From: an uncultured Alistipes sp.
GTDB lineage: Bacteria; Bacteroidota; Bacteroidia; Bacteroidales; Rikenellaceae
Direction: 5' to 3'
Assembly: GCA_944326035.1 (NCBI GenBank)
Contig: CALVCS010000012.1
Coordinates: 5,534-69,533, forward strand
Length of the DNA stretch: 64,000 nucleotides
Made by a program: the position numbers and the translations under genes. The notes beneath the pieces were generated by a model. It worked only from the letters and a program-made list of their open reading frames with translations, was not told the DNA's origin and searched no databases. Below are positions 46,701-55,080 of the stretch, piece by piece; positions within the stretch are counted from its first letter, which is position 1, and each line of letters starts with the position of its first letter.

Positions 46701-47175
46701 GACCATCCAAAGCGGAGTATTGTACCCCGGGAATCGCCCCTTCCAGGGCTTTCGAAAGGGTCGAGTTGGACTGACGTTCCAGAATTTTGGTATCAATGGC
46801 GCTGAGCGACCCGGTCAAGTCCTTTTTTTTCGCCGTCCCGAAGGCCACGACCACGACATCGTCCAGGGAGGTGGCATCACTTTTCAGGGTAATCTGGAGG
46901 GTGGTGGAGGTTCCGGTGACCAGTCGCTGTGTTTTCATACCCAAATAACTGAACACCAATGTGCTTCCTTGTTTCGCCTGGATCGAGAAAGAGCCATCTA
47001 CACCGGTAGACGTTCCTTGATCCGATCCTTCGATGACTACATTCGCGCCGACAATGGGTTGTCCGTCTTCGGCACTCTTCACCGTCCCGGAATAGGTCCG
47101 GATCTGTGCTTGGCCGGTCATCACACCGAGTATGACCACCAGACATGTCAGCATGGAGCGTAACAATACTTTCAT
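43720..47175 (-). CDS. susC: SusC-family TonB-dependent outer-membrane transporter
   Basis: 1151 aa. Signal peptide. CarboxypepD_reg-like N-terminal domain (GTVKSAEDGQPIVGANVVIEG). Plug plus 22-strand barrel pattern. C-terminal ...LGVNVTF. No STN (anti-sigma signalling) domain. Confidence 0.95.
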   Translation of the reverse strand: MKVLLRSMLTCLVVILGVMTGQAQIRTYSGTVKSAEDGQPIVGANVVIEGSDQGTSTGVDGSFSIQAKQGSTLVFSYLGMKTQRLVTGTSTTLQITLKSDATSLDDVVVVAFGTAKKKDLTGSLSAIDTKILERQSNSTLSKALEGAIPGVQYSALDGQPGKDAQIVIRGVGSANSNNSALIVIDGVPATSDDALSMLNPRDIESMVVSKDAASNALYGSRGANGVILITTRKGQAGKPRITLDAKWGINQVGPFKLDKITDYADVYEYTWKSLYNAARYRNFEDSKGITTNINNPNMSHEDAALFASQHLFDWDGNTNPNNPSFKRNGLGNYMPYYVPGAIYTPSGDLTSSTMSGAYLVGTDGKINPEARLLWKDDWADEFLQNKFRQEYNLSASGAVENKVDYYVSLGYLSDPSYIKGSDFSRYSARSNINFQATKWLRAGINFAYVRRERQQAPTRYGWNAGDSGENPFYWINGMEAVKPIWAYDENGQVILDENGNRTYDFGTGETYSPLGATRRGISGSSVGRNLGHFLTNDRWTLITNDLSGRGYLEATFLKDFTFTSNLSIDYWGNYQKRYYNQTASAGAGTSGSMRQDMKNSLSLNTQQLLNWSHDFGKHHVDALLGHEYTRDEYRNMLIRQTHSLIPGFEAPANFIGSSNAANYLGGSPFSSDHSISALEGYFFRGNYNYDSKYYVSASLRFDGSSRFRDNTKRWGTFWSVGAAWRLSREAWLSDASWINDLKLRVSYGTMGNASGVGLYSGYNLWTFSNGSTDLVNQQIYQIKRGALGNPNLTWETISTLDVGVDFRFWDRLWGTIVYYRRLTEDMIWNRPVAASVGVTSLTANAASMLNAGLEVELGVNIIQNDNILWDFNLNFAHNKNTLQSLPEGVIDPEIGYIEESHTDGKGNLQFRRAVGKSYYNLQSYKYAGIDPNSGLALYYHKVTEDDHSAGRFIDTPVGGDVTTTDYTLASTYEMGDALPTLTGGFGTSFRYKNFDFSAQFAFQIGGKFFSNEYGYNLYWHENVLGAQVSSDLLNNTWTPENRTAEFPMQMAGQSVYTTGVTVASQRYTNKTLYDASYLSFKNMTIGYNLPDKLIQKWGLGGIRVYVSGDNIALISTKNGIDPRMSMIGGFEVGSMVYPPIRTWSLGVNVTF

Positions 47176-47380
47176 AACAGATGGATTAATAGTTAGTAAT
47201 TAGTGAGTAGATAGACGGCAGCTCAGGATCGTCCCGTTTCGGGTTAGGCTTCCGAAGGGCGTCCATGACCAAGATCCCGAACCTCGAACCCCTGAATAGG
47301 ATTTCGAAACTCGGGTCATCGAGACTCGTTGATCGATTAACGATCGATTAAGCGGGAGAGAAAAAAGGAGATAGGCATAG

Positions 47381-47446
47381 TCAGTTAGGTTAATTAGGTT
47401 TAGTTAGGTAAAAGAAATGAGTTAGTTAAGTTAGTTAGGGTTGGGT
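47381..47446. repeat. TTAG(G/T)T-rich low-complexity tract in the susC upstream region
   Basis: tcagTTAGGTtaaTTAGGTttagTTAGGTaaaagaaatgagTTAGTTaagTTAGTTAGGGTTGGG. A second TTAG-rich patch lies at 47185-47214, right before the susC ATG. Confidence 0.6.
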
Positions 47447-47547
47447 CAGTGAGGGGATCGCCACGGTTTTCCCGTTTGATCGGTCGGTACAGGCATTTCA
47501 TGTCCTCCTGAAGACCGTTTCCGTGAGACAACTGCAGGGATCCTTTA

Positions 47548-47555
47548 CAAATTTA
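47548..47555 (-). promoter_or_regulatory. Candidate susC promoter (-7 TAAATTTG, with TTTG 19 nt upstream)
   Basis: Minus strand reads cATTTGttatttcgaaaaataagaaTAAATTTG. This is the only TAnnTTTG match I found between hxlR and susC and implies a leader of about 370 nt. Confidence 0.35.
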
Positions 47556-47898
47556 TTCTTATTTTTCGAAATAACAAATGAATAGGCCAAAAATGCATGC
47601 CCTGGCATAACATTCATAAAATTCTGTTTGTCAGTATTATACCTTCTAAACAGATCGAAAAAGAGCCTCTTTTTTCACCCTATATGCCTCTTTTTCGAGT
47701 CGTTGCATCGCCTCCCCTCGGGTTTCTGTCAAGCGCATCGCTTCCCCCGATCGGACGCATAGGAAGCGGTCGATTGGGGGGTTATGGAGCCGTTATGGGA
47801 CGGTTTGCTGTGCTCATCTCCGCACCCCTCTCCTCCGCTCGGATGCTGAACCGATAGGCGGTTCGTCCATCCTCCCGAGCAGCCTTCGGGCCGTTCGA

Positions 47899-48288
47899 TC
47901 ACTGGGCTGAGGGTGTGGCCGATGGCTGACTTTGTCGACGGTGCGCCAAGATCTCCGGCATATGGTCGAGGGTCCAACCCACCAAGGCCTCGATATGGGG
48001 CATCAGATCTTCACCCATCGCCGTCAAGGCATACTCCACACGAGGCGGGACCTCGGCATAAAGGGTTCGGACGATCAATCCGTCCTGTTCGAGCGACCGC
48101 AACGTCACGGTCAACATCCGCTGGGAGATATCCCCCAAGGAACGAGCCAATTCACTGAAACGCAACGTTCCGTTCGCCTTCAACGACACCAAGACCAGCA
48201 CCGACCACTTGTCCCCGAAACGACACAACACATCCCGAACCGGACAAGGACCTTCGTGATGAAAATTTTTAATTTTTTTTTCGTCCAT
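47899..48288 (-). CDS. HxlR-family winged-helix transcriptional regulator
   Basis: CPVRDVLCRFGDKWSVLVLVSL...RFSEL...ISQRMLTVTLRSLEQDGLI...PPRVEYALT is the HxlR signature. Start taken at the ATG at 48288. A TTG at 48366, preceded by TACTTTTG (48385-48392), is an alternative. Confidence 0.85.
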   Translation of the reverse strand: MDEKKIKNFHHEGPCPVRDVLCRFGDKWSVLVLVSLKANGTLRFSELARSLGDISQRMLTVTLRSLEQDGLIVRTLYAEVPPRVEYALTAMGEDLMPHIEALVGWTLDHMPEILAHRRQSQPSATPSAQ

Positions 48289-48440
48289 AGCGCACACATT
48301 CTCAACATTCGTTACTTCCAGGTAAGCGACTTTCCTTTTTGTGCCCTCTTGTTTCCAAGCCTCCAAACCCCTACCTTTACACTACAAAAGTAAGTAACTA
48401 ATCAATCAATAGTATCATTTTCGTTTAAATTTCAGTAATC

Positions 48441-48968
48441 ATGGCAAAGAAAGTAGCGATTCTGGCCGTCAATCCGGTCAATGGCTTAGGGTTATTTCAG
48501 TATGCAGAGAATTTTTTCGAAAACGGCATTCCTTTTCGCACCTTTGCGGTCGCTGACACGCCGCACATCCGCACCAATTCGGGCATTGCGATCACGCTGG
48601 ACGATACGGTGGCCCAATTAAAAGGACACGAAGCAGAATACGATGCCGTTGTCTTCAGTTGCGGAGATGCCATTCCTCGCTTTGCCGAACAGGCTTCGGC
48701 CTCGTACAATCAAGACATGTTGAGCGTTCTTAAGGCCTTCGGACAAGCCGGCAAGCTCCTGATCGGCCACTGTGCCGCTGCGTTGATGTTCGACCAATGC
48801 GGGATTGTTTCCGGGTGTAAAGTGGCCGTACATCCGATGGCCAAACCGGCAATTCAACAGGCCATCGCCACCGATGCCGCCTTCGAAGTCGACAGTCGGG
48901 TTCTGACGGCCCAAGATGAAAAACATCTGCCCGCCCTGATGCCCCATCTGCTCGACGCCCTGCGATAA
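48441..48968 (+). CDS. DJ-1/PfpI-family protein
   Basis: 175 aa. Nucleophile elbow LIGHCAAALM. Divergently paired with the HxlR regulator, a common arrangement. Confidence 0.85.
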   Translation: MAKKVAILAVNPVNGLGLFQYAENFFENGIPFRTFAVADTPHIRTNSGIAITLDDTVAQLKGHEAEYDAVVFSCGDAIPRFAEQASASYNQDMLSVLKAFGQAGKLLIGHCAAALMFDQCGIVSGCKVAVHPMAKPAIQQAIATDAAFEVDSRVLTAQDEKHLPALMPHLLDALR

Positions 48969-48993
48969 ATGTAGCCTTTTCACACCATCCACC

Positions 48994-49038
48994 AAAACCT
49001 CCGCCGCTGTTCGTATCCAGTGGTGGAGGTTTTTGTTT
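48994..49038 (+). terminator. Hairpin terminator after DJ-1 gene
   Basis: 12-bp stem aaaacctccgcc/ggtggaggtttt (one G-U pair) followed by tgtttcg. Confidence 0.6.
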
Positions 49039-49065
49039 CGTGCCCTTCGACCTCAAACGGTCTGG

Positions 49066-51975
49066 CTATAACGGCAATGTCAGGTGAATACCACTGATCA
49101 CCCCTTTCCGGTCGCTGGGTTTATAGACATAGATGCCCACCGAAGTATCATTGACCGGCATTCTCAACAGACGCATATCGAAAAAGATCTCTCCGCCATA
49201 GGAGTGCAAGGTGTGCATGGAAGCACGTCCGGTTTTGGGCGAGACCATTCCCTGATAGCGGGCATAATCGAAATAGGCTTTCAGTCGGATACGGTTGAAA
49301 TAGACGATGCTGTTGATGCCCCAGTCGGGGTAACACAACGGCAGTTGATAATCCACCGAAAAAGCACCATAACGGGCAGCGGCCCAGGTATATTGCGCGC
49401 CTCGCGGGAAGAGGTCCTTATAATAGAACTGATAGAATTTTTGACTTTGATACTGGAGATTTCCCCGCAACATCAGGCTGTGATGGGGGGCGACCCCCGG
49501 TAAATAGAGGCGACCGAAGAGCGAGTAGACCGATCCGAAATCACCTCGAAAGGGGGCCAGGGCTCCGGAAATTTTCAGGGCATATCCCCAGCGGGGCAAG
49601 AAATCCCGATGGGCCATGCGTGCCTGTTCGACATAGTTCAACTCCCAAACCAGCCGGCTGAGTCCCGAGTTGGCGCGGTTTCGGACGGGATCATAAAGCA
49701 ATGCATTGAAATAGAGCAGTTCCACCCGGGGTGTCAAGACCCTCAGATGGGCCCCCGAGGAGAGATACATCGGCAAATAGGCCGACGCCTCCAACTGGAA
49801 ATGGGATTTCAGCACCGACGACGGCACGGAGGTCTGATCGTCGAATCCATACATCAAGCGATTCGATTGGCTGTATTCGGCGGCTACCTCGAATTTCGGA
49901 GCCAACCCCCCATAATTGAGACGTCCCCGAGCCATATGGCCCACCTTGCCCGAATAGGCATACGAAACCGTAGCGGTCGTATTGCTCAACAGATTCTGAC
50001 TCATGAACGTAGCCCCGAAGTTCGCTTCGACCTTATTCTCTTCGACAATCTGAAAAGGATTGAAGCTCAAGGGCATCCAACTGTGGACATGGAACAGGTT
50101 CAGGTTTTTCCGATAGGGCTTCTGGTCGAGCACCGTATCCGGAGCCGTCAGAGTCGGCACCTCATTCAGGTCGGGAACCGGCCATCGGCGGCGAGGCGGA
50201 TTCACGACATTCTCCGGCAATCGGGCATACGACAGCGGCGACAGCGAGTCGGTATCGACACGCTGCGTCGCCAGCCGATACCCCTCTCGGGTATAGGTGG
50301 TGGCATAAAATCGGCCCGTCGTGTCCGGCACCGAAGGGGAGACCGACCCGTAACGCGAATCGGTCAGACGATACTCCTGCCGGGTTTTCAAATCGTAGAG
50401 ATGGATTTCATCTTTCCCCGAACGGATGGAGTTATAGACCAGCTTACCCTGTCCCGCCCGCAGGTTGTAGAGCGACGAATAGGAGGGTTGTGTGATCGGT
50501 TCCAGTCGACCCACGTTTCGATCGACCCGATAAAAGGCCATCCCGGCATCACTCAGCCCCAAAAGGGCCAACGTACCGGTCTGATCGTCATAGGCCAGTC
50601 CATGCACCGAAAGGGTGTCGGGCAGGACGATCGAACGTTTCCCGGTCTCATCGAGGCGATAACGGCCCGTATAATCATAGCCCACCGTGACCACCCCACC
50701 ATCGGGCAGGGGCGTTGCATACAGCGCGTTTTTCCGATCCCGGAACCGATAGCGACGTTTTGTCCGCAGATCGTACCCCACCACCCGGGAAAAAACCCGT
50801 TGATCCCAAAACAGGCTGTTACGAAATTCGGTCCACCACACCACGCTATCCCGCAGAACAGGCGGCGTACTGATCGAACCCGTATAGACGACCGTTTTTT
50901 CGGTGCCTGTGCGAGGATCGACACTGACCAGTCGATTGGGTCGATCCAGATCGGTTTTGAACGCCAAGAGGGTCGTATCGTTCAACGGCATCGGCGCACT
51001 GTAGGTGGTATAACTGGTCGTCGGCGTTTCGATCAGGGTCGTGCTGTTCGGGGTAGCCGGCAGCGAGCGCCAAAAGGTCCGCAGATCTTCGAACGTCTGA
51101 TCGAAAATCCGACTCGTCGACGTTTTATAATACTTCCCCAAAGCGATTCGGGTTGTTGCCAACGTATAGGGTCTTCGCGATGCATAGTCCATCACCCGAT
51201 CCCAGATATCGTCTCCGTAACGCTCCCGCGACCAGGCGGTCAACTGATACCCCAACTGATAGTGGTCGGGGATAAAATCCCGATAGGAGCCACAAAACCA
51301 TTTATCCCGTCGAAACCGACGTGGCGTTCCTTCGGTCAGATAGGCCCGATATTCGAGGGTAAACGAGGGCTGCAACGCCCGTCCAAAGGAGGAAAATTGG
51401 GTTTCGGCCATGGTCGCATCGCCTTCGAGCAGCCAAACCGGCACCAAAGCCGAACTGATCAATCCGGACTGTTCGCCGATAAACCATCCCAACGGCTTCA
51501 TAAACCCCTGGTAGAGGTTGCCATATTGCACGGCATGCCGATATTCGTGAGCGGTCAGCTGTTTGAGCCACGGCATGGCATAGAGTTTTTGATCGGGGAT
51601 AGTCCGCAATTCGATCCGTTTGGGGGCCCACAACACCAGGCCATTCGCCATCATGTTCTGGGTGTGGAGGATGGCCGGCATCTCCAACGGCTCATGCGTA
51701 AAGCCGTAGGTGATATAGGGGCGCAACGTGTCCAGATAGGCTGCCACACGGGCCGCCCCCTGCATATAATAGTCCGGATAGATGATTCGTCTCGAGATAG
51801 CCTCGCTCTGTTTCCATCGAATAGAAGCCGGGGATCGTCCCTGGTCGTAATACTGGGCCCGTACCGAAAAGACACTCAAACAGGCGATCAACAAACATCC
51901 CCCCCACAACCACCTGTGACGACCATGGCCATCCTGCCTCTCTTTCACCCTTTCGGATCGGCTGTATGCTTTCAT
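49066..51975 (-). CDS. Large outer-membrane protein: HExxH-containing N-terminal domain, beta-propeller-like middle, C-terminal beta-barrel
   Basis: The ATG at 51975 gives MKAYSRSERVKERQDGHGRHRWLWGGCLLIACLSVFSVRAQ (signal peptide). AHEYRHAVQ (HExxH) lies about 150 aa in. The middle region has repeated Y/W-G-D beta-strand blocks. The last 300 or so aa alternate like an OM barrel. The function is not assignable. Confidence 0.8.
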   Translation of the reverse strand: MKAYSRSERVKERQDGHGRHRWLWGGCLLIACLSVFSVRAQYYDQGRSPASIRWKQSEAISRRIIYPDYYMQGAARVAAYLDTLRPYITYGFTHEPLEMPAILHTQNMMANGLVLWAPKRIELRTIPDQKLYAMPWLKQLTAHEYRHAVQYGNLYQGFMKPLGWFIGEQSGLISSALVPVWLLEGDATMAETQFSSFGRALQPSFTLEYRAYLTEGTPRRFRRDKWFCGSYRDFIPDHYQLGYQLTAWSRERYGDDIWDRVMDYASRRPYTLATTRIALGKYYKTSTSRIFDQTFEDLRTFWRSLPATPNSTTLIETPTTSYTTYSAPMPLNDTTLLAFKTDLDRPNRLVSVDPRTGTEKTVVYTGSISTPPVLRDSVVWWTEFRNSLFWDQRVFSRVVGYDLRTKRRYRFRDRKNALYATPLPDGGVVTVGYDYTGRYRLDETGKRSIVLPDTLSVHGLAYDDQTGTLALLGLSDAGMAFYRVDRNVGRLEPITQPSYSSLYNLRAGQGKLVYNSIRSGKDEIHLYDLKTRQEYRLTDSRYGSVSPSVPDTTGRFYATTYTREGYRLATQRVDTDSLSPLSYARLPENVVNPPRRRWPVPDLNEVPTLTAPDTVLDQKPYRKNLNLFHVHSWMPLSFNPFQIVEENKVEANFGATFMSQNLLSNTTATVSYAYSGKVGHMARGRLNYGGLAPKFEVAAEYSQSNRLMYGFDDQTSVPSSVLKSHFQLEASAYLPMYLSSGAHLRVLTPRVELLYFNALLYDPVRNRANSGLSRLVWELNYVEQARMAHRDFLPRWGYALKISGALAPFRGDFGSVYSLFGRLYLPGVAPHHSLMLRGNLQYQSQKFYQFYYKDLFPRGAQYTWAAARYGAFSVDYQLPLCYPDWGINSIVYFNRIRLKAYFDYARYQGMVSPKTGRASMHTLHSYGGEIFFDMRLLRMPVNDTSVGIYVYKPSDRKGVISGIHLTLPL

Positions 51976-52322
51976 TAACCTCCTGCTTTTTTCGCCCGAT
52001 ACCCCGCCTTGAGCAGTATATCCACCACGCGGTCGCGGAAATCGCCTTGAATGATAATCTCTCCCTCCTTGGCCGTACCGCCCACCCCGCATTTGCTTTT
52101 GAGCAGGCGTCCGAGCTCTTTCAAATCGTCTTCACTCCCCACAAAACCCTTCACCAGCGTCACCTGTTTGCCAGCTCGGGCTTTGCGGTCGAGCCACACC
52201 CTCAAATTCTGTTGGGCCGGCGGCAAGGTTTCGGGTACCTCCTCCGTCTGGGTTTCATACACGAAGTCGGGGTTGGTCGAATAGACCACATTCAGACGAC
52301 TTTTCCAATCGTTATTGCTCAT
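51975..52322 (-). CDS. yciH: SUI1/eIF1-family translation initiation factor homolog (YciH-like)
   Basis: 115 aa. KQVTLVKGF...LKELGRLLKSKCGVGGTAKEGEIIIQGDFRDRVVDILLKAGY matches the SUI1 fold signature. Confidence 0.85.
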   Translation of the reverse strand: MSNNDWKSRLNVVYSTNPDFVYETQTEEVPETLPPAQQNLRVWLDRKARAGKQVTLVKGFVGSEDDLKELGRLLKSKCGVGGTAKEGEIIIQGDFRDRVVDILLKAGYRAKKAGG

Positions 52323-52345
52323 CGTTTTCGTCTCTTCCTGAATCC

Positions 52346-52876
52346 TTAGAAGGGCAGATCATCCACATCTTCGCCAGCCGACGAGGCGATTTCCGAAGCA
52401 TTCATCGAGGGAGTTCCGCTCGAAGCCGCCCCATATCCCGCGGATGTCGAAGCCCCATAGCCTGAGGTTGACGAGGCTCCATACCCCGACGTCGGTGCCG
52501 AATAACCCGATGTCGCATTGCCATACTCCGACGACGAGGCGTTATCGCTACGCCGACCCAACATCTTCATGTCATTGGCCACGATTTCGGTCGTAAAACG
52601 GCGATTCCCGTCCTTATCGGTCCACTCCCGGGTACGCAGACTCCCTTCGATATAGAGTTGCGAACCTTTGCGGACATAGCGATCCACCACATCGGCCAGA
52701 TTCCGCCACAAGGTGATGTTATGCCATTCGGTATGCTCTTTGGTCTCCTGGGTCTGACGGTTATAGATGCGTTCGGTGGTGGCCAAACGGATTCGGGCCA
52801 CTTTTACTCCGCCTTCCAGGGCGCGTACTTCCGGATCGGCCCCGACATTGCCCACTAAGATAACTTTATTGATCAT
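52346..52876 (-). CDS. ssb: Single-stranded DNA-binding protein
   Basis: MINKVILVGNVGADPE OB-fold N-terminus, Gly/Ser/Tyr-rich linker, acidic tip DVDDLPF. Confidence 0.95.
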   Translation of the reverse strand: MINKVILVGNVGADPEVRALEGGVKVARIRLATTERIYNRQTQETKEHTEWHNITLWRNLADVVDRYVRKGSQLYIEGSLRTREWTDKDGNRRFTTEIVANDMKMLGRRSDNASSSEYGNATSGYSAPTSGYGASSTSGYGASTSAGYGAASSGTPSMNASEIASSAGEDVDDLPF

Positions 52877-52957
52877 CGTTTCTCTTTTTGATAGGTTGCT
52901 TCTGATCAGAAGCGTAAACTCTGTTTCTTTCTCTCAAACGTTCAAAAACGCCAAATC

Positions 52958-53761
52958 TTACATCCGTTCCAACATGCCCACGATCAGACGTGTCAAGGTC
53001 TGTTGGGCCCGTTCACCCTCGCGTTGAACCTCTTCGTGGGTGGCTTTTTTCCCTTCGAGCCCCATGTTGGTAATGACCGACAGGCCGAAAACCGGCAACG
53101 ACATATGACAGGCGGCAATCACTTCCGGCGTGGTCGACATCCCCACGGCATCGGCCCCGATGGTGTGGTAGAAACCGTACTCTTTCCGGGTCTCGTAACT
53201 CGGTCCGGTATTGCCCAGGTAGCAGCCGTGTTGCAGGCTCAGGCCCAACGAGGCGGCCACCTCGTCCGCCAGAGCGATCAACGACCGACTATATGGCTCG
53301 CTCATATCCGGAAAACGCGGCCCCAGTTCGTCGATATTGGGTCCGATCAACGGATTGGGCAGCAGGTTGATCTGATCGGTGATCACCATGACGTCGCCGG
53401 TATGGAAGGAGGGGTTGACGCCTCCGGCTGCATTCGAGACGATCAGGGTCCGGATACCCAACCCTTTCAACACCCGGATCGGGAAAACGACCTGTTGCGT
53501 CGTATAACCCTCATAATAGTGGAACCGGCCCTGCATGGCCACCACCCGCCGGCCACCCAGGGTACCGAAAATCAGTTTACCGGCGTGCCCTACGACAGTC
53601 GAGACCGGAAAGCCCGGAATATCGCGATACGGCAGGGCGAGCGCAACCTGCATATGGTCCACCAGACCTCCCAGTCCACTGCCCAACACGATTCCCACTT
53701 CGGGTTCGAAGGGCATTTTATTCTGGATGAAGGATGTGGTATTTTTGATTTGAGATAACAT
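52958..53761 (-). CDS. Purine nucleoside phosphorylase (PNP/MTAP family 2, PunA-like)
   Basis: IKNTTSFIQNKMPFEPEVGIVLGSGLG aligns with the PunA N-terminus, so the ATG at 53761 is kept. HAGKLIFG, RFHYYEG and VGMSTTPE motifs are present. Confidence 0.9.
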   Translation of the reverse strand: MLSQIKNTTSFIQNKMPFEPEVGIVLGSGLGGLVDHMQVALALPYRDIPGFPVSTVVGHAGKLIFGTLGGRRVVAMQGRFHYYEGYTTQQVVFPIRVLKGLGIRTLIVSNAAGGVNPSFHTGDVMVITDQINLLPNPLIGPNIDELGPRFPDMSEPYSRSLIALADEVAASLGLSLQHGCYLGNTGPSYETRKEYGFYHTIGADAVGMSTTPEVIAACHMSLPVFGLSVITNMGLEGKKATHEEVQREGERAQQTLTRLIVGMLERM

Positions 53762-54791
53762 ATTGTTCGAGTTGTCGGAGGAAATCGGGCTCGCACCCGC
53801 CCACGAAATGGACTCGAATGGGCAGATAATAGAGACGGCGCTGGATTTCGACCGGAATTTTTTTACGATTCGTCAACTTCACCGCATCTTTTTCGGTCGT
53901 CATGATCTTGGTTTCGGGCGGCAATTGCGACAACAGGGTGAGCACCTCTTCCAGGTCTCGGGTCCGATAGAGGTGATGATCCTCGAAGAGCTTCTGTCCC
54001 ACGACCTTATAGCGCGGCGACAGCGATCGAATGAACGGTGTCGGGTTGGCAATGCCGCTCAGAACCAGAAGCGGATCGCCCGCATTCAACGGCCGTTGAA
54101 TCTGATCGGGAAACAGCGGCAGGGGAGTATCGGGTTTCATGCGGGTGAAATAGAGCGACTGATACGGGTACAAATCCAACGATTTGCGTACCAAGCGCAT
54201 ATCCAACGGATTCATATCGGGTGGACACTTGGTCACCAGCACGAAATGAGCCCGATTGAGTTGTCGCCGGCGGTCGCGCAAGGTTCCCCAGGGCATTAGA
54301 TGATCGCGATAGACGGGGTTGTTGTAATCCATCAACACGATATTGACCCACGGTTCCACATAGCGATGTTGGAAAGCATCGTCCAAAATGATCAGATTGA
54401 CCTCGGGATGGATCTCCCGAAGACGCCGAATACCTTCGGTTCGTTTTTCGCAAACGGCTACCGGAATTTCAGGATATTTGAGTTTGATCTGTTTGGGTTC
54501 GTCACCGATCTGACGGAAGGACGAACGCACGGTCGCCAACACAAACCCTTTCGTTTTACGTTTATACCCCCGCGACAGTACCGCCACCCGATAGCGGGTA
54601 GCCAATCGTTCGATCAGGTATTCCGTCACCGGAGTTTTTCCGGTCCCTCCCACGGTAATATTCCCCACGCAGACAATAGGAATATCATACTCTTCGCTTT
54701 TGAGCAGATGCAGATCGAAGAGTTTGTGCCGGATGTCGATAGCCAGCCCGTATAAAAATGCCAGGGGAGCGCCCAGGAAGGGATTTAGCAT
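53718..54791 (-). CDS. lpxK: Tetraacyldisaccharide 4'-kinase
   Basis: VGNITVGGTGKTP P-loop. 357 aa. The 3' end overlaps the PNP start by 44 nt. Confidence 0.9.
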   Translation of the reverse strand: MLNPFLGAPLAFLYGLAIDIRHKLFDLHLLKSEEYDIPIVCVGNITVGGTGKTPVTEYLIERLATRYRVAVLSRGYKRKTKGFVLATVRSSFRQIGDEPKQIKLKYPEIPVAVCEKRTEGIRRLREIHPEVNLIILDDAFQHRYVEPWVNIVLMDYNNPVYRDHLMPWGTLRDRRRQLNRAHFVLVTKCPPDMNPLDMRLVRKSLDLYPYQSLYFTRMKPDTPLPLFPDQIQRPLNAGDPLLVLSGIANPTPFIRSLSPRYKVVGQKLFEDHHLYRTRDLEEVLTLLSQLPPETKIMTTEKDAVKLTNRKKIPVEIQRRLYYLPIRVHFVGGCEPDFLRQLEQYVISNQKYHILHPE

Positions 54792-54812
54792 GATTTACAA
54801 TATTCCAATTTC

Positions 54813-54820
54813 CAAAAATA
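54813..54820 (-). promoter_or_regulatory. -7 promoter element (TATTTTTG) for lpxK
   Basis: Exact TAnnTTTG, 21 nt upstream of the ATG at 54791. Confidence 0.5.
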
Positions 54821-55080
54821 GTGTAAAAATATTGGAAATCAAATTTTTTGGTCGCAATTCCGACCGCATTTCCCGAAAACGGAGTCCGGCTTACGCCCTG
54901 AGTATCTTCCCTGAAGATCGACATTCTGAAGCCTTTTTAGGAGTTCCGGACAGAGAGCTCACCGATCGCTCGGACCTACTTTTTGGGCACCTGGTCGTGG
55001 TTCATGGGGTATGTCATCGAGCGATCCATTGTCTCGACCGGAACGATGTCGGTTTTCGTCTCGTACAAACGGTTACATCC

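Noticed and set aside
43891-47163. Very long antisense ORFs opposite real genes. Examples: 1090 aa opposite susC, 759 aa at 14886-17165, 699 aa at 38340-40439, 601 aa at 12174-13979, 789 aa at 49609-51978, 401 aa at 1248-2453, 536 aa at 62181-63791.
   Set aside because: Their translations are Arg/Gly/Pro/His-rich with no motifs. Each exactly shadows a gene with strong family signatures on the other strand. Stop-poor antisense frames are expected in G+C-rich coding DNA.
47381-47446. Telomere-like TTAGG/TTAGGG units
   Set aside because: The copies are irregularly spaced and imperfect, lie inside a bacterial chromosome and are flanked by ordinary genes. There is no reason to think of telomeric function; it is treated as a low-complexity leader or operator tract.
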